Source of the DNA: Takakia lepidozioides
Lineage: Eukaryota; Plantae; Bryophyta
DNA: 48,000 nt
Reading direction: 5' to 3'
Assembly (NCBI GenBank): GCA_030704615.1
Contig: JAKLZA010000279.1
Span: 1 to 48,000, forward strand
Shown here: piece after piece, positions 36,718-48,000 of the stretch
Layout: every line of letters starts with the position of its first letter
Numbering within the stretch: the first letter of the stretch is position 1
Notes under the pieces: model-generated
Database searches by the model: none
What the model was told of the DNA's origin: nothing
What the model saw: the letters and a program-made list of their open reading frames with translations, nothing else
Program-made: the position numbers and the translations under genes

Positions 36718-39700
36718 ATGAGTGATGAAAGAGAAGCTAGACGACAAAGATATTCATCAAAAAGAAAGCTATCTGAAAGCTAATTATCCATATCTTTGGG
36801 AGAGAGGAATAGACATAGGGGAATCATCTGGACCTCTCACACCATCAAGATCAAAAGTGCATCACCTATACCGGAAGAACTAGAGTTGGATGCCACTCCT
36901 TCTGTTTTCTTTGCAAGAAAGATTAAGGGAATTGGTACAGGAAGAAGATCAATCACGAGGTGAAAGATCTGAGGTACATCCTTGGATAAAAGACTTGACA
37001 GAAATCTTTGATAAGAGTTGGCATGGAACACCAAAAGCAGGAACTCCAGTTTCTGAAGCAGAAGATGAAGAAGGAGATGAGGATGTGGCAGAGCCAACGG
37101 AGAGTTCAGACTCTCCAACACCATTACAGTTGAGTTACATGAGTGAAGAAGAAACCCAAGGGCAGAACTTGGAGGATGAAAACAGAGAGAAGAAATTGGA
37201 AGAGGAAGAATATGAAGAAGTAGACCCAACAGCTGAGGTTGAGACTACAACCAGGACATCCCAACCCGTTGGACCTGGATCAAGTGGAGCACTTGGATCA
37301 CAGGCCAACGAAGGTGTCGGCTCAGGGGGATCAGGCGGGCTGCCTGGATCTGGCTCTGGGGGGACAGGGAGTGTGGGAAGTAGTGCAACTGAAGCTGGGA
37401 ATACTGTGAATATCGTGGGGCCAGAAGCAGGGAGTGCTCAAGGGCCACCACTTGGTGGAAGATCCACCACAAAAACAACAGGTCCAGAAGGACCAGCACC
37501 AGCAAGGGTGCCAGCACCTGTCAGTGGGCAGAAGGTAGGGCCACAGATGGCGTTACAACCAACACGGGCAAAACCACCCTTTCCAATATATTCAGGAAAA
37601 GGGGATCCCGATGTACACATTAGCCAATTTGAGCACATGTGTATAGTGAACAATGAGAATGGCGATGATGCCAAGATGAGACTGTTTCCTTGTTCACTTA
37701 TCAAGAAAGCAAGTGAATGGTATGCAAGATTCCCTGATAATCATTTTCCTAACCTGGAATGGCTTGAATACAGCATTTCGAAATAGGTTCAGGACAAGTA
37801 AAACTGAGGATGAAGTGTATGGAAGTTTACAACAGCTGAAGCAGAAGAAGCATGAAACTGTTGAAGAGTATATGGAGAAGATGGAATTGATGATGAAAAA
37901 GCTGGCTGCAGTACCAGCACCAACCGGTTTACAGAAGACTTGGTTTGTGAGATGGACTAAGACCAGAGTTGCAGAAGAAAGTGGATATGTTACCCCATAA
38001 TACAGTGGAGGAGGCATTTGAAAACTGCACAACAGAATTGAGCAATGGGAATGCTCAGGAGAGAGAAAAAGGAAGATGAGGACTCTGAAGATGAGTCAGA
38101 TGAAGAAGAAGAGCAAGAACTAAAAAGAGAAAGAGTAAGAGAAAGGAAAAGTTGAAGAGGGATAACTATGAGAAAAGATTGGAGAGAAATCTTGAAGAAA
38201 GTATGCCACAGAGGCTGCAACACATTGGAGGAAGGGTGTATGGGTTGCAAAGTGCCAGAATGAAGGCCATACCACTACAGAATGCCACATGAAGGAGAAA
38301 CACTGTAACTATCTGTAAAATGGATAACCATTCTACTGAGAATTGTTACTACAACAGAAGGACAGCTGCCAAGAGAACCTAGGCAAGTGAGGGTGCATCA
38401 GGTGCAGCCCCAGCCAAGAAGAAAGCAATGATCAGGACCACTATGGTAGGTCTGGTGGTTATAACAATGGCATGGAAGGAGAAGGTAATTCAAGAGGGAA
38501 TTACCAAGGAAATTCCAGAGGCAACTATCAGGGTAATCCAAGGGGGAATTACCAGCCCGGGAATCAGGATTATAGAAATAATCCAAGAACAGACCAAGGG
38601 CGAGGACCCAATGGTGAAGAGCTATGTTACTATTGTAATCAGCCAGGACATCGCAAGGCAGCCTGTTCATTCTGGATAAGACACCAGAATGAGATGAGAG
38701 CTCCTGTGAATGAGGGCCCAGTGGTGGCAGCTCACATGGTTAGGCCATGTGTTGTACCAGAAGTAAGTACAATGATAGTAACAAGAAGTAAAGCCAAACT
38801 AATACCTCCAGTAGAAGAGGAAGAAGATGAGACTGGAAGTGGCAATGATATGCCTGAAGATGAAGAGACTTGGAAAGATGAGAAGGAACTGCACAAGGAA
38901 GTGGCAGATACCTATAAGGGAAATGCAAAAGAGTACGGATATTCCTGTGGCAGATTCCTCTGATTCGGATGGAGAAAAAGAGGGGAGTGAGGAAGAAAGG
39001 AAAAAAGAAGATGCAGACATGCAAAGTAATGAAGAGACTTTGGCTGAGTAATATGTCAGACCAAAGCAGAAATTACCATTGGAAATTACCATTGGACAGT
39101 TATTAGCTGTGGCACCTTATTGTAGGCACAGGCTGTATCAAGCAATCAATCGAATTGCCCAAGAGACAGGAAACACAGACCTGAACAGCAAGGTGACCAG
39201 TTATAATGTGAAGCCGGAAGGGCGAGAACCAGTCATGGACTTTGATGATTCTATGCCAGTAATCCAATTGAGAATTGGAAGCACAGAACTAACTGATGTA
39301 CTGATAGATGGTGGTTCTGGAGTAAATATCATGACAGACCAATTAAGGAAGAAGCTTGGTCTAAGTAACATGAAACCAGCCCCATTTACAGTAACAATGG
39401 CAGATCAAAGAAGTGTACAGCCATTGGGATTAATAAGAGGAGTTAAGATACAGATACAGAAAATGATCTTTATGATCACGTAACTGTATTAAAAATGGAT
39501 GAAGTCATGGAGGCTTACTCCTTATTATTGGGACGTCCGTGGCTGAAACAGGCCAGGGTATTCCATGACTGGAATTCTCAGTTACTAACTGTGCATAATG
39601 GGATGCACGAGATACAAATTACCACAAAGAAATCTAGTAGATTACCTGCTACAAGAAGACCTCGAGGAGTCAGAGAGTATGACTGGAGGGGAGGACTGGA

Positions 39701-42700
39701 TGAGGAGCAGGAAGCTACCCTATTTGCTGCACACCCAGAGTGGGAGCAGGTTGCAGAGATGCGGCTGGAAAGCCTAAGTTGTTTGAGAGGTATCTGCTGT
39801 GGTGTAGTGACAGCAACACCAACTTGAAGGAAACCAGCATTTACCATCACATTTCTATGAAGAAAGAGAAGGAGAAATAGAAATCCTAGAAGAACCAGCC
39901 ACTGTGAGCTTACAGGATGAAGTGGTGACTGGTTGGACAATCACAGCTGATGAGCAGGTGAGAGAAGTAAATGTGGGAACTCAGGAGGAACCGAGGATGG
40001 TGAAAGTAGGAGCTGATTTGGAGCCGGAATTCTTCGAAGAAGCTAAAAGCTTGTTCATCAAATACAGAGATGTATTTGCTTGGAGCTATGAGGATCTAAA
40101 AGGGATACCACCTGAAGTCTGTCAGCATAAAATTGAACTGGAACCAGGGTCAGTACCAATCAAGCAGGCGAGGTATAGAATGAATCCCAACTACGCACAG
40201 AAGGTTGGAGAAGAGATAAAGAAGTTGGCTGAGGCTAAGTTTATATACCCAATAGAGTATACAACTTGGTTGTCACCCATTGTTATAGTTCCCAAGAAGA
40301 ATGGCAAACTAAGAGTATGTGTGAACTATAAGAAGCTGAATGCTTGTACGAAGAAAGATCCTTTCCCTTTGCCATTCACAGAAGCAGTATTAGACACTGT
40401 GGCAGGCCATGAGATGTACTCATTCATGGATGGCTTCAGTGGTTATAATCAAGTGCAAGTGGCAGAAGAAGACCAAGGGAAAACAGCTTTCATCACAGAC
40501 TGGGGGGCTTATGCATACAAAGTCATGCCCTTTGGACTTTGTAATGCACCAGCGACCTTTCAGAGAGTGATAAGTGAATCTTTTCAAGAGTATCTGGATG
40601 ATTTCATGCAGGTGTTTTTGGATGATTTCAGTGTGTACAGCTCTAAGAATGAGCACTTGCATAAATTGGAGTTATGCCTGGCCAGATGCAGGATGAGAGG
40701 TCTGGGCTTGAACCAGAGAAGTGTACTTTCTGTGTGAACTCAGGGGTGCTTCTGGGACACATTGTGTGTAAGAAGGGACTCCTTGTGGATCCCAGGAAGA
40801 CAGAGTCCATTAAAGCCTCTCCACCACCAGTGAATGTTAAGAGTTTAAGGAGATTCCTTGGGCAAACCAGTTATTACAGAAGATTTGTCAAAAGGTATGC
40901 ACAAATAGCAGCACCATTGAGCAAGCTTCTGAAGAAAGATGCAGTGTTTGCATGGACAGCTGAATGTCAACAGGCGTTTGAGGAACTTACACTGTCAGTA
41001 ACAACTACACCTGTGCTGATTAACCCTCACTGGCATGTAGTATTTCATGTTCACTGCGATGCATCAGGAGAAGCGTTGGGAGCGGTGTTAGCCCAGAATG
41101 TTACAGGGAATATAGATTCACCTGTGTACTATGCTAGCCGGTTGATGAACAGTGCTGAGAGGAACTATAGCACAACGGAAAGAGAAGCATTGGCAATGAT
41201 CTATGCAGTGAAGAAATTCAGGCATTACCTATTGGGAAGAAAGTTTATGTTTTATGTGGATCACCAGGCTCTGATATATCTGGTGAACAAACCTTTGATA
41301 AGTGGAAGGATAGCGAGGTGGTTAATAATCTTGCATGAGTTTGAGTTCGAGGTTATTTACAAGCCTGGCCGTTTGCATCTTGTGGCAGATCATTTGTCAC
41401 GACTAACAACAGGAGAGGCCGCCACAGGAGTGGACGATCAGTTACCTGATGCGAGTTTATTTGTAATGGAGGTGCAAGGAAGTGCAGATGAATGGTTAGA
41501 TTGGCAGTGGCCAATCAGATACTACCTTGCTCATGGTCAGTGCCCACCTAGTTATGGTAAGGAGCAGAGGAAGAGAATCGCTATCAAAGCTTTACCTTAT
41601 ACTATGGTAGGAAGCAGAATGTATAAGTTAGGACCAGATGGGTACTAAAACGATGCTTGTACCACCATGAAGTAAATAAAGTCTTGGAGGAAGTTCATAA
41701 AGGAGTGGCTGGAGGTCATTTTGGAGAAGAGACTACCAGTAGAAAGATACTACTCGCAGGATACTGGTGGCCTACTTTGTTCAAAGATGTACATGAGTAT
41801 TGTCAGAAGTGTGATGAATGTCAGAGGCTAGGACCTTTGCAGAGATCTGGAAGAATGGCCTTGCATCCTACAATGCCTACGGAACCATTTCAGAAATGGG
41901 GACTAGACTTTGTTGGACCAATTAATCCACCATCCAAGAATACACAAAACAGGTACATAATTACAGCCACTGATTATACTACAAAGTGGGTGGAAGCTAA
42001 AGCTTTGAGGGACAACACAGCCAAGTCCACAGCAAGGTTCCTGTACGAGAACATACTTACACGATTTGGATGTCCCTTAGAATTTATCAGTGATCAAGGA
42101 AGTCACTTCATGAATGAGACCATTGAGTTATTGACTAAAGAGTTTATGATTGTGCATAGAAAGAGTACAACATATTACCCACAGGGTAATGGACAGGCAG
42201 AGGCTACCAACAAAATACTATGTACTATCTTGGCTAAGATAGTCAATGCAAACAGAACGGATTGGGATACAAAGCTGCTGACAGCTTTATGGTCATACAG
42301 GACTTCGTATAAAGTCACCACAAAGTATACACCATTCCAATTAGTTTATGGTATGGAAGCCTTACTTCCAGTGGAATTCCTGTTACCTACCATGAGAACG
42401 GAGTGGGGAAAAAGAATGGAATTGCAAGACTCCATCAAGGTCAGGAAACATGAATTATACCATGTGGAAGAAGTACGTGCTGATGCAGCTGATAATATGA
42501 CCAGAATTCAGATGAAGAGAAAGGAACAGTTTGATGAAGGCAAGTTAAAGACTTTTAAGACGGGGGATTTGGTTCTATGGTTGCAGAAGAAAGGAAAGAT
42601 TCAAGCTTCTAAGCTTAAATCACCATGGAAAGGACCTTATGTCATACAAAAGATGTATGATAACAACACAGCCATGTTACAAACCATTAACAAAGAAATG

Positions 42701-43216
42701 CTGGGAAGAGTCAATGCAAATAAGTTGAAGGGGTACAGTGGTATCCATGACAAACCCCTGCAGCATGATTTGCATGTTGAACCGCAAGAGCAGTCACGGG
42801 CTGCACCAGTGTTACGAACGGAGTATGGAACACTTGTCGCTAGGCCCAGTATATATGACCGGGGTGGGCAAAACAAACGTGACACAGCCTATCACAGCCC
42901 ATCACGGCGTGACACAGCCTATCACAGCCCATCACGACGTGACACAGCCAATCACAGCCCAGCACGGCGTGACACAGCCTACCACAGCCCGTCACGACGT
43001 GACACAGCCAACCACAACCCAGCAAGGCGCAACACAGCCTATCACAACCTACCGCAGCGTGTCACAGCCTATCACAGCTTACCACAGTGCAACACAGCCT
43101 ATCACAGCGTAACACAGTATGACACAGCCTGTCACAGCTCAACACAGCCTACTAAAGTTACACGATCCATAGAATCAGTGACAAGTGGACACAAAAAACT
43201 TCAGGAAAATGGCTGA
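36718..43216 (+). CDS. gag-pol polyprotein copy 4; apparent frameshifts
   Basis: Same motifs; integrase ORF 41657..43216 ends in RRDTAYHSPS repeats. Confidence 0.93.
42877..43150 (+). repeat. 30-bp (3 x 10 bp) minisatellite at pol 3' end, copy 4
   Basis: GACACAGCCT ATCACAGCCC ATCACGGCGT and variants, about 9 units. Confidence 0.9.
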
Positions 43217-43284
43217 AGGAAGAAGAAACGGAAATTAATTTAAAAATAGACACGTGGAGGTCAGGGTGCGACACACAGCAGAGA

Positions 43285-46200
43285 ATGAAGTGCAAGGACA
43301 GGTGTCAAAAAGAAAGAGGACAAGAACGGCCGTCAAAAGGGATGAAAGGCGGGCCCATTAATGAATACGGAAAAAGGGAAACGGAACGAACGGCAAGTAC
43401 ACAAAAGCCGAATTCATGTCGCATGTGTGATCCTAGTGGACTATCCAACAGGGAAAGTCCACTAAAGAAGATAAAAGTTAAAATCCAGTCACAGCGGATA
43501 CAGCCAATAGAAAACCAGAAAAATGATCAAGAAAATGGAGGGAAATTGAGCGCAAGAGGCGGCGTCGTTCTGAGTAACGGGCGTCTCGACAGGACAGGCC
43601 ATAAATGCTATAACTTGGAAACTATGGAGGAACTAACAGACTATACGCTCGCAATATTACTTACGCAGTGGCATAGACACGAAACGACAGAGCAGAGCTT
43701 TTCTCTTGAGCAATGCTTGCAAGCCCCGCAGGCTTACAAGAGATTACCCATAGCTTTCTGCGGCAACCATACGTTTATGCTTTGTGCACTACAGGCATTC
43801 CTGCAGTTGTTACAGCCAAAGCAGTTCTGTGAGTCTAAGATGAAGAGAGTGAGAGGAATGGAGGAAATCAGGGTGAAGAGCACCACAATTCTGCAGAAAC
43901 AAACGATGGCTACCCCACAGGCGATAAAGATACTGAAGGAGCTGAGATTGGAAGGATTGCAAAGCATGGATTGGACACTACACCATAGACAGTACATGTT
44001 ACAATTTTTGCAGAACTTTGAGCCAAAGACAGGAACAACAACGGTGAAGGGAGTTGAATTAATGATTACTCCCCTATACCTCCAGCAATTGTTTCGATTG
44101 CCAGCAGGTCATGTGTGTGTGGAGGAACACAGGGAAAGACTGCAAATAGGGGATTTATTCCAAGAAGGGAGTTTCTTTAAAACTCAGGGTTATGCTTGTA
44201 CCAAAGCTGTGTACCCAGGGTTAAAAGACATAGGCCAAGTATTGAACGTTCTGATTGCCCTGAAACAGAACCAACAATATTTGAGCAGATCCTTCACAGA
44301 GGAAATCCTCAAAGGCTTGAAGGGACAAGAGGTACCATGGGCGGACATAATGTACAACGCACTGGTAGAGGAGATGAAAAGATTACAAGGTACTACCGCA
44401 AAATCTCCTATCATAGTGTCTGGCCCAATCATTGCTCAAATAATCCTTGATTCTGGCATACTTAATGCACAAGAAAGGAAGGAAATGGGAGTGTTTGAGC
44501 CAGAAACAACTGCAATGGAAGACCAAGGCTCTTCACACAGTGAGGGTGGACTAGCAGCACAACCCGAGACTAAGAGGCAGAGAAGGGGAAAGACTGTAGT
44601 GGCAGATCCACTGGCTTCACGGATTCCGCATGATAATGTTTCCCAAGCTCATGACCAGGAAGGGGCACAGCAGCACAAAAGAATGTTATTACTGGAAGCA
44701 GGACCTTCAGAGAGGGAGGAAGAAGTTACTTCTGCATCACAACCAACACAGCCACTTGAACGACTTGTCACAAGGTCACAAGTTATCCATGCAGCTCAAC
44801 CCGAAATAATTGATTTGGAAAGTGAAGGGATAGATATTCCAACTACAGAACAGATAGTGGCAGAAATAGAGAAAGGGGACCTTCTCTATGAATATTCTGG
44901 TCTGGTCAAGGAGACAGAAATCCCAGAGGTGCAACAGTTGCCCAAGCGAAATCCTGAGGTACATATAATGCACACACCTGTGTCGGAGGTACCACAGGCG
45001 GAAGGCCATGACACTGTAGCACCGGTCATAAATGAAGTAGTTCAGGAAGAAAATCCGGTGGGACAATGGTCTGAATGGTTAGTGAGACATCATACTGTTG
45101 AAGATCGGGAGGAACAGCAGCAACCTCACCATGATGACCCTCAACAGGCAATGCTGATGAGTTCCATAGGCAGGACACTTAATTTGTTGGGGACTTATGT
45201 CAAAACCCATGTTCCAATTACCCAATTGACAGCCTTGAAAGAAGAACTCAGGAAGGAGTTTGAGGCTCGACTTGCCACTGAGTGTGCAAACAAGGTCGAT
45301 GAAGAGGTCACTCTCAAGATGAAGCAGGACTTGGCCAATACAGAAATGGCTTTGCAATTGGCCAAGCAACAATTGATTGAGGCAGGCCTCGCGCAAGACC
45401 AGTTGCACGAAGCACATAAGCAACAGCTATACCAAATGCAGGTGCAGCATGAAAGCAAGTTGCAAGAACTGAATGCACTACATACGGAGTTGCAGACAGT
45501 GCATAACAGGATGGCGATACAATGCGCTACATTTACAACTATGCTTGACCAATCAACAAAAGAAATAAACAGTCAAGCGGAAAAATGTACGAAGGCAGAA
45601 GAAGAGAATGTGGAGCACATGAAGCTCATTGTCGATATGAAGAATACAATCTGTCGCAATGAAGATACTTTCAAGCAATACAGGCAGATGGAAGCTGAGC
45701 AACAAACCATCGTGGCCAATAGAAATGAAATCGCGGTCAGTAACAAGGCTTCGAAGGAAGCCAATAATCTACTTGCTGCCTATGCGCAATTGGTTGAGCC
45801 ACAGGCGAAGCGCATGAAGGCTTTACAACAGCAGTTGGAATTGTATAAGCTAAGAGAGGAGCAAACTCTCAGGGGAACCACAAGCAGCTTGGTGGATAAC
45901 AGCCTTATGCAGGTCTGGTTAGCACAAGGGCCAGTAGAAGGCAAAGCCCACGGAAGCTCACCCAAAGCGAGATGAATGAGCTTAGACTGCAGGTGCAGAA
46001 CATTGCCACAACTACTATAGACAATGTCTATAGTAGGATAGCAGAGTTACAAGAGGATGTAGACGGACTCCAGACTCAAGTGGAAGACCTCACTTCAAAC
46101 ATCGACCAAAGAGTCTATATCCCTCAGGAACAGCTAATGGCTTCTTATTTGCAAGCCAGAACTCTGGCTTTTCAGTCTTCACAGGAGGTGCAGGAGATGC

Positions 46201-47371
46201 CAATGGTACAGGAACCAGTACCACCACCACCACAACAGGTCAGTGTACCAGTAGCTGAACCTGTGGTTACTACAACCACACCACAGCCACCACAGCCGGA
46301 GGTATGGGGCAATGCAGCTTTTAACCCACCTAAAACTCCAGCTGCCAGGGAGTACAGTAGGGCTATGATTATGCCCTTCAACCAAATTCCCATCATGTTG
46401 GATTTGGCTTGGAAAGAATTTAGTCCTCCGCAGTCATTCGCACATTACTACCAAATCATGCGTATTTGGTTGCCAGTGGCAACCAGGACTAAAGTTCTTC
46501 CAAACAATCGACATATTGAAGATCATCACTTTGCACAATACTGGCACGAGGCAGGTACCATGTTGAGGGAATTGGTTGCTTTCCAGGTTGTACATGGACT
46601 CATTTATACCAAGACCAAGGAAATAGCAAGTATTGTCATGGGGTGCGGGCTATACTACGCTGCTTGTTTTCTGATACGTTACCACATTGAGCAACAAAAG
46701 ATGCAAGCACGCTTTCAAAGTTACTCCAGTGGAGATCATTGGGTATTACCTTCGGTGCCACCTCATATGTACCTATATGACCCAAAAGTTATGATACAGA
46801 AGGATTCTCAAATTCGTTCATGGTTTCAAGCAGCCTGCAACAATTTGTCAACACAGAAATTCGGACTTGATGACATTTTCTATAAGGGACATATCGCATG
46901 GAAATACTTGCACGCTGCACCAGTAATTGGTACCCCACTCATTTGGACAGACAAGGAGCTCAGTGTCTACACCAATTTTGCTGTTCAACGGTTACACCAG
47001 GTTGTAAAATGCAAACTTCCAGACATGGTAGGACAGCATTGTATGCCCAGATGATTCCACAAAAAGTTCGAAAATTAAAACACCTGAGAGGCGATGAGGA
47101 TTCTGATACAACTGTTTCTTCACAGAATTCTTTTGACATGGGAGAAGACTATGCAATTCAGATGGAAGAGAAGAAACAAAGGGGATCTCCTATGCCGGAA
47201 AGATTACCTCGATATCAGCCTCCAGAAGGCCTCACTTATCCAGGTAGTGATCAACCATCTCCGTCAACCAGAGACAGACCTCGGGCTCGTACACACAGCC
47301 CGCCACGAAACTCTCAACGTCAACAAGGTGCTCACTCACAAAGGTTGCTACTCGGAAACAGTAAACCGTGA
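43285..47371 (+). CDS. Extra 3' ORF copy 4, best preserved (env-like position; coiled-coil-rich; unknown function)
   Basis: ORFs 43285..45975 (896 aa), 45972..47054 (360 aa) and 46898..47371 join through two 1-bp slips, each open in another copy; true start codon uncertain. Confidence 0.75.
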
Positions 47372-47403
47372 GGACACGGCTTTTTGAGGGAGGAAGGGGT
47401 AAA

Positions 47404-48000
47404 TGTTAGAGGACTGTAGGGGACTTAGACACTTATACGGGATCTGTAGGGTACCCTTAATTTTTGCACAGACTGAGACCAACAGGAGCCTTAGGGGTGA
47501 CAGCAGCAACGCACTGTAGAGGGGGGTTACACAGCCTGTCACAGTCGTCACAGCCGACACAGCCAACACAGCCCGTCACAGTCGTCACAGTCGACACAGC
47601 CGACACAGCCCACACAGACAATCACAGCCCACACAGCCAATCACAGCCCGACACAGCCGACACAGCCAGTCACAGCCTGACACAGCCAACACAGTCGACA
47701 CAGCCCACACAGCCCACACAGCCGTCACAGCCCACACAGCCCGTCACAGTCGTCACAGCCCACACAGCCCACACAGCCAGTCACAGCCCGGCACAGCCAC
47801 ACAGCCAGTCACAGCCCGACACAGCCAAACACAGCCAGTCACCGCTTGACACAGCTGTCACGATAATAGGGAATGAAGAGTAGGACAGGGAACGACTGTG
47901 GGGAACAACACCTGTGAAGGGAACATGTTAATTCACATACGACGGTTAGAGAGGGAAACGGTTAGAACCGCGGATAGGAGGATAAAGGGAGAAACGGGGA
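47404..48000 (+). repeat. Gypsy LTR (cut by window edge)
   Basis: TGTTAGAGG after the PPT; 47924-48000 matches 1-77. Confidence 0.8.
47529..47860 (+). repeat. ~9-10 bp CACAG(C/T)C minisatellite inside the LTR
   Basis: CACAGCCCA / CACAGCCGA / CACAGTCGT units. Confidence 0.9.

Larger units (their letters stand above)
1..48000 (+). repeat. Tandem array of a Ty3/gypsy LTR retrotransposon (unit ~11.8-12.4 kb, one shared LTR between units), interrupted at 4703-12553
   Basis: CATGTTA(A/G)TTCACATACGACGG recurs at 1, 23812, 35571 and 47924; the same ORF set repeats in the same order and orientation. Confidence 0.95.

Noticed and set aside
40612-40626. FLDD instead of YxDD at the RT active site
   Set aside because: F-x-DD is common in Athila-like plant gypsy RTs. 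The upstream YLDD (EYLDDF) is not at the catalytic position.
42877-43150. 30-bp periodic repeats as a CRISPR array
   Set aside because: Contiguous tandem units with no unique spacers and no cas genes; eukaryotic retrotransposon context.
45945-45975. Programmed frameshift or stop-start (ATGA overlap) splitting the 3' ORF
   Set aside because: Copy 3 has one more C (AAGCCCCACGG) and reads through, so a homopolymer error is more likely. Two copies share the short form, so reads should be checked.
47464-47883. ORFs across the LTR minisatellite (also 35233..35514 and 23546..24013)
   Set aside because: Translations differ between copies; they are open only because the repeat lacks stop codons.

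Overview
Land-plant genomic DNA made entirely of LTR retrotransposon sequence. The PLS-type PPR fragment and the RT lineage suggest a fern, lycophyte or other seed-free plant (inference). (A) A head-to-tail array of one ~11.8-12.4 kb non-chromovirus Ty3/gypsy element on the + strand, in which neighbouring internal regions share a single LTR (LTRs at <1-555, 12554-12628 remnant, 23486-24352, 35172-36112, 47404->48000). Each unit carries a PBS, an extra ~230-aa ORF that starts inside the LTR, gag-PR-RT-RH-IN, a large extra 3' ORF (~1200-1350 aa), a PPT and two related CACAGC minisatellites. Most frameshifts look like long-read consensus errors. (B) A young non-autonomous 7.85 kb LTR element on the - strand (4703-12553), with 2.2 kb near-identical LTRs and an iMet PBS. 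Its single intact 1094-aa ORF fuses a Gag-like N-terminus to a captured PLS-class PPR segment. It has no TSD and stands in place of ~7.5 kb of the array. The most unusual feature is its end architecture: the 5' LTR lacks the terminal CACACTACA att sequence before the PBS, a copy of it lies between the PPT and the 3' LTR as a perfect 20-bp palindrome, and the outer 3' end has it. This is the pattern expected if a circularised cDNA were opened at the palindrome and integrated.
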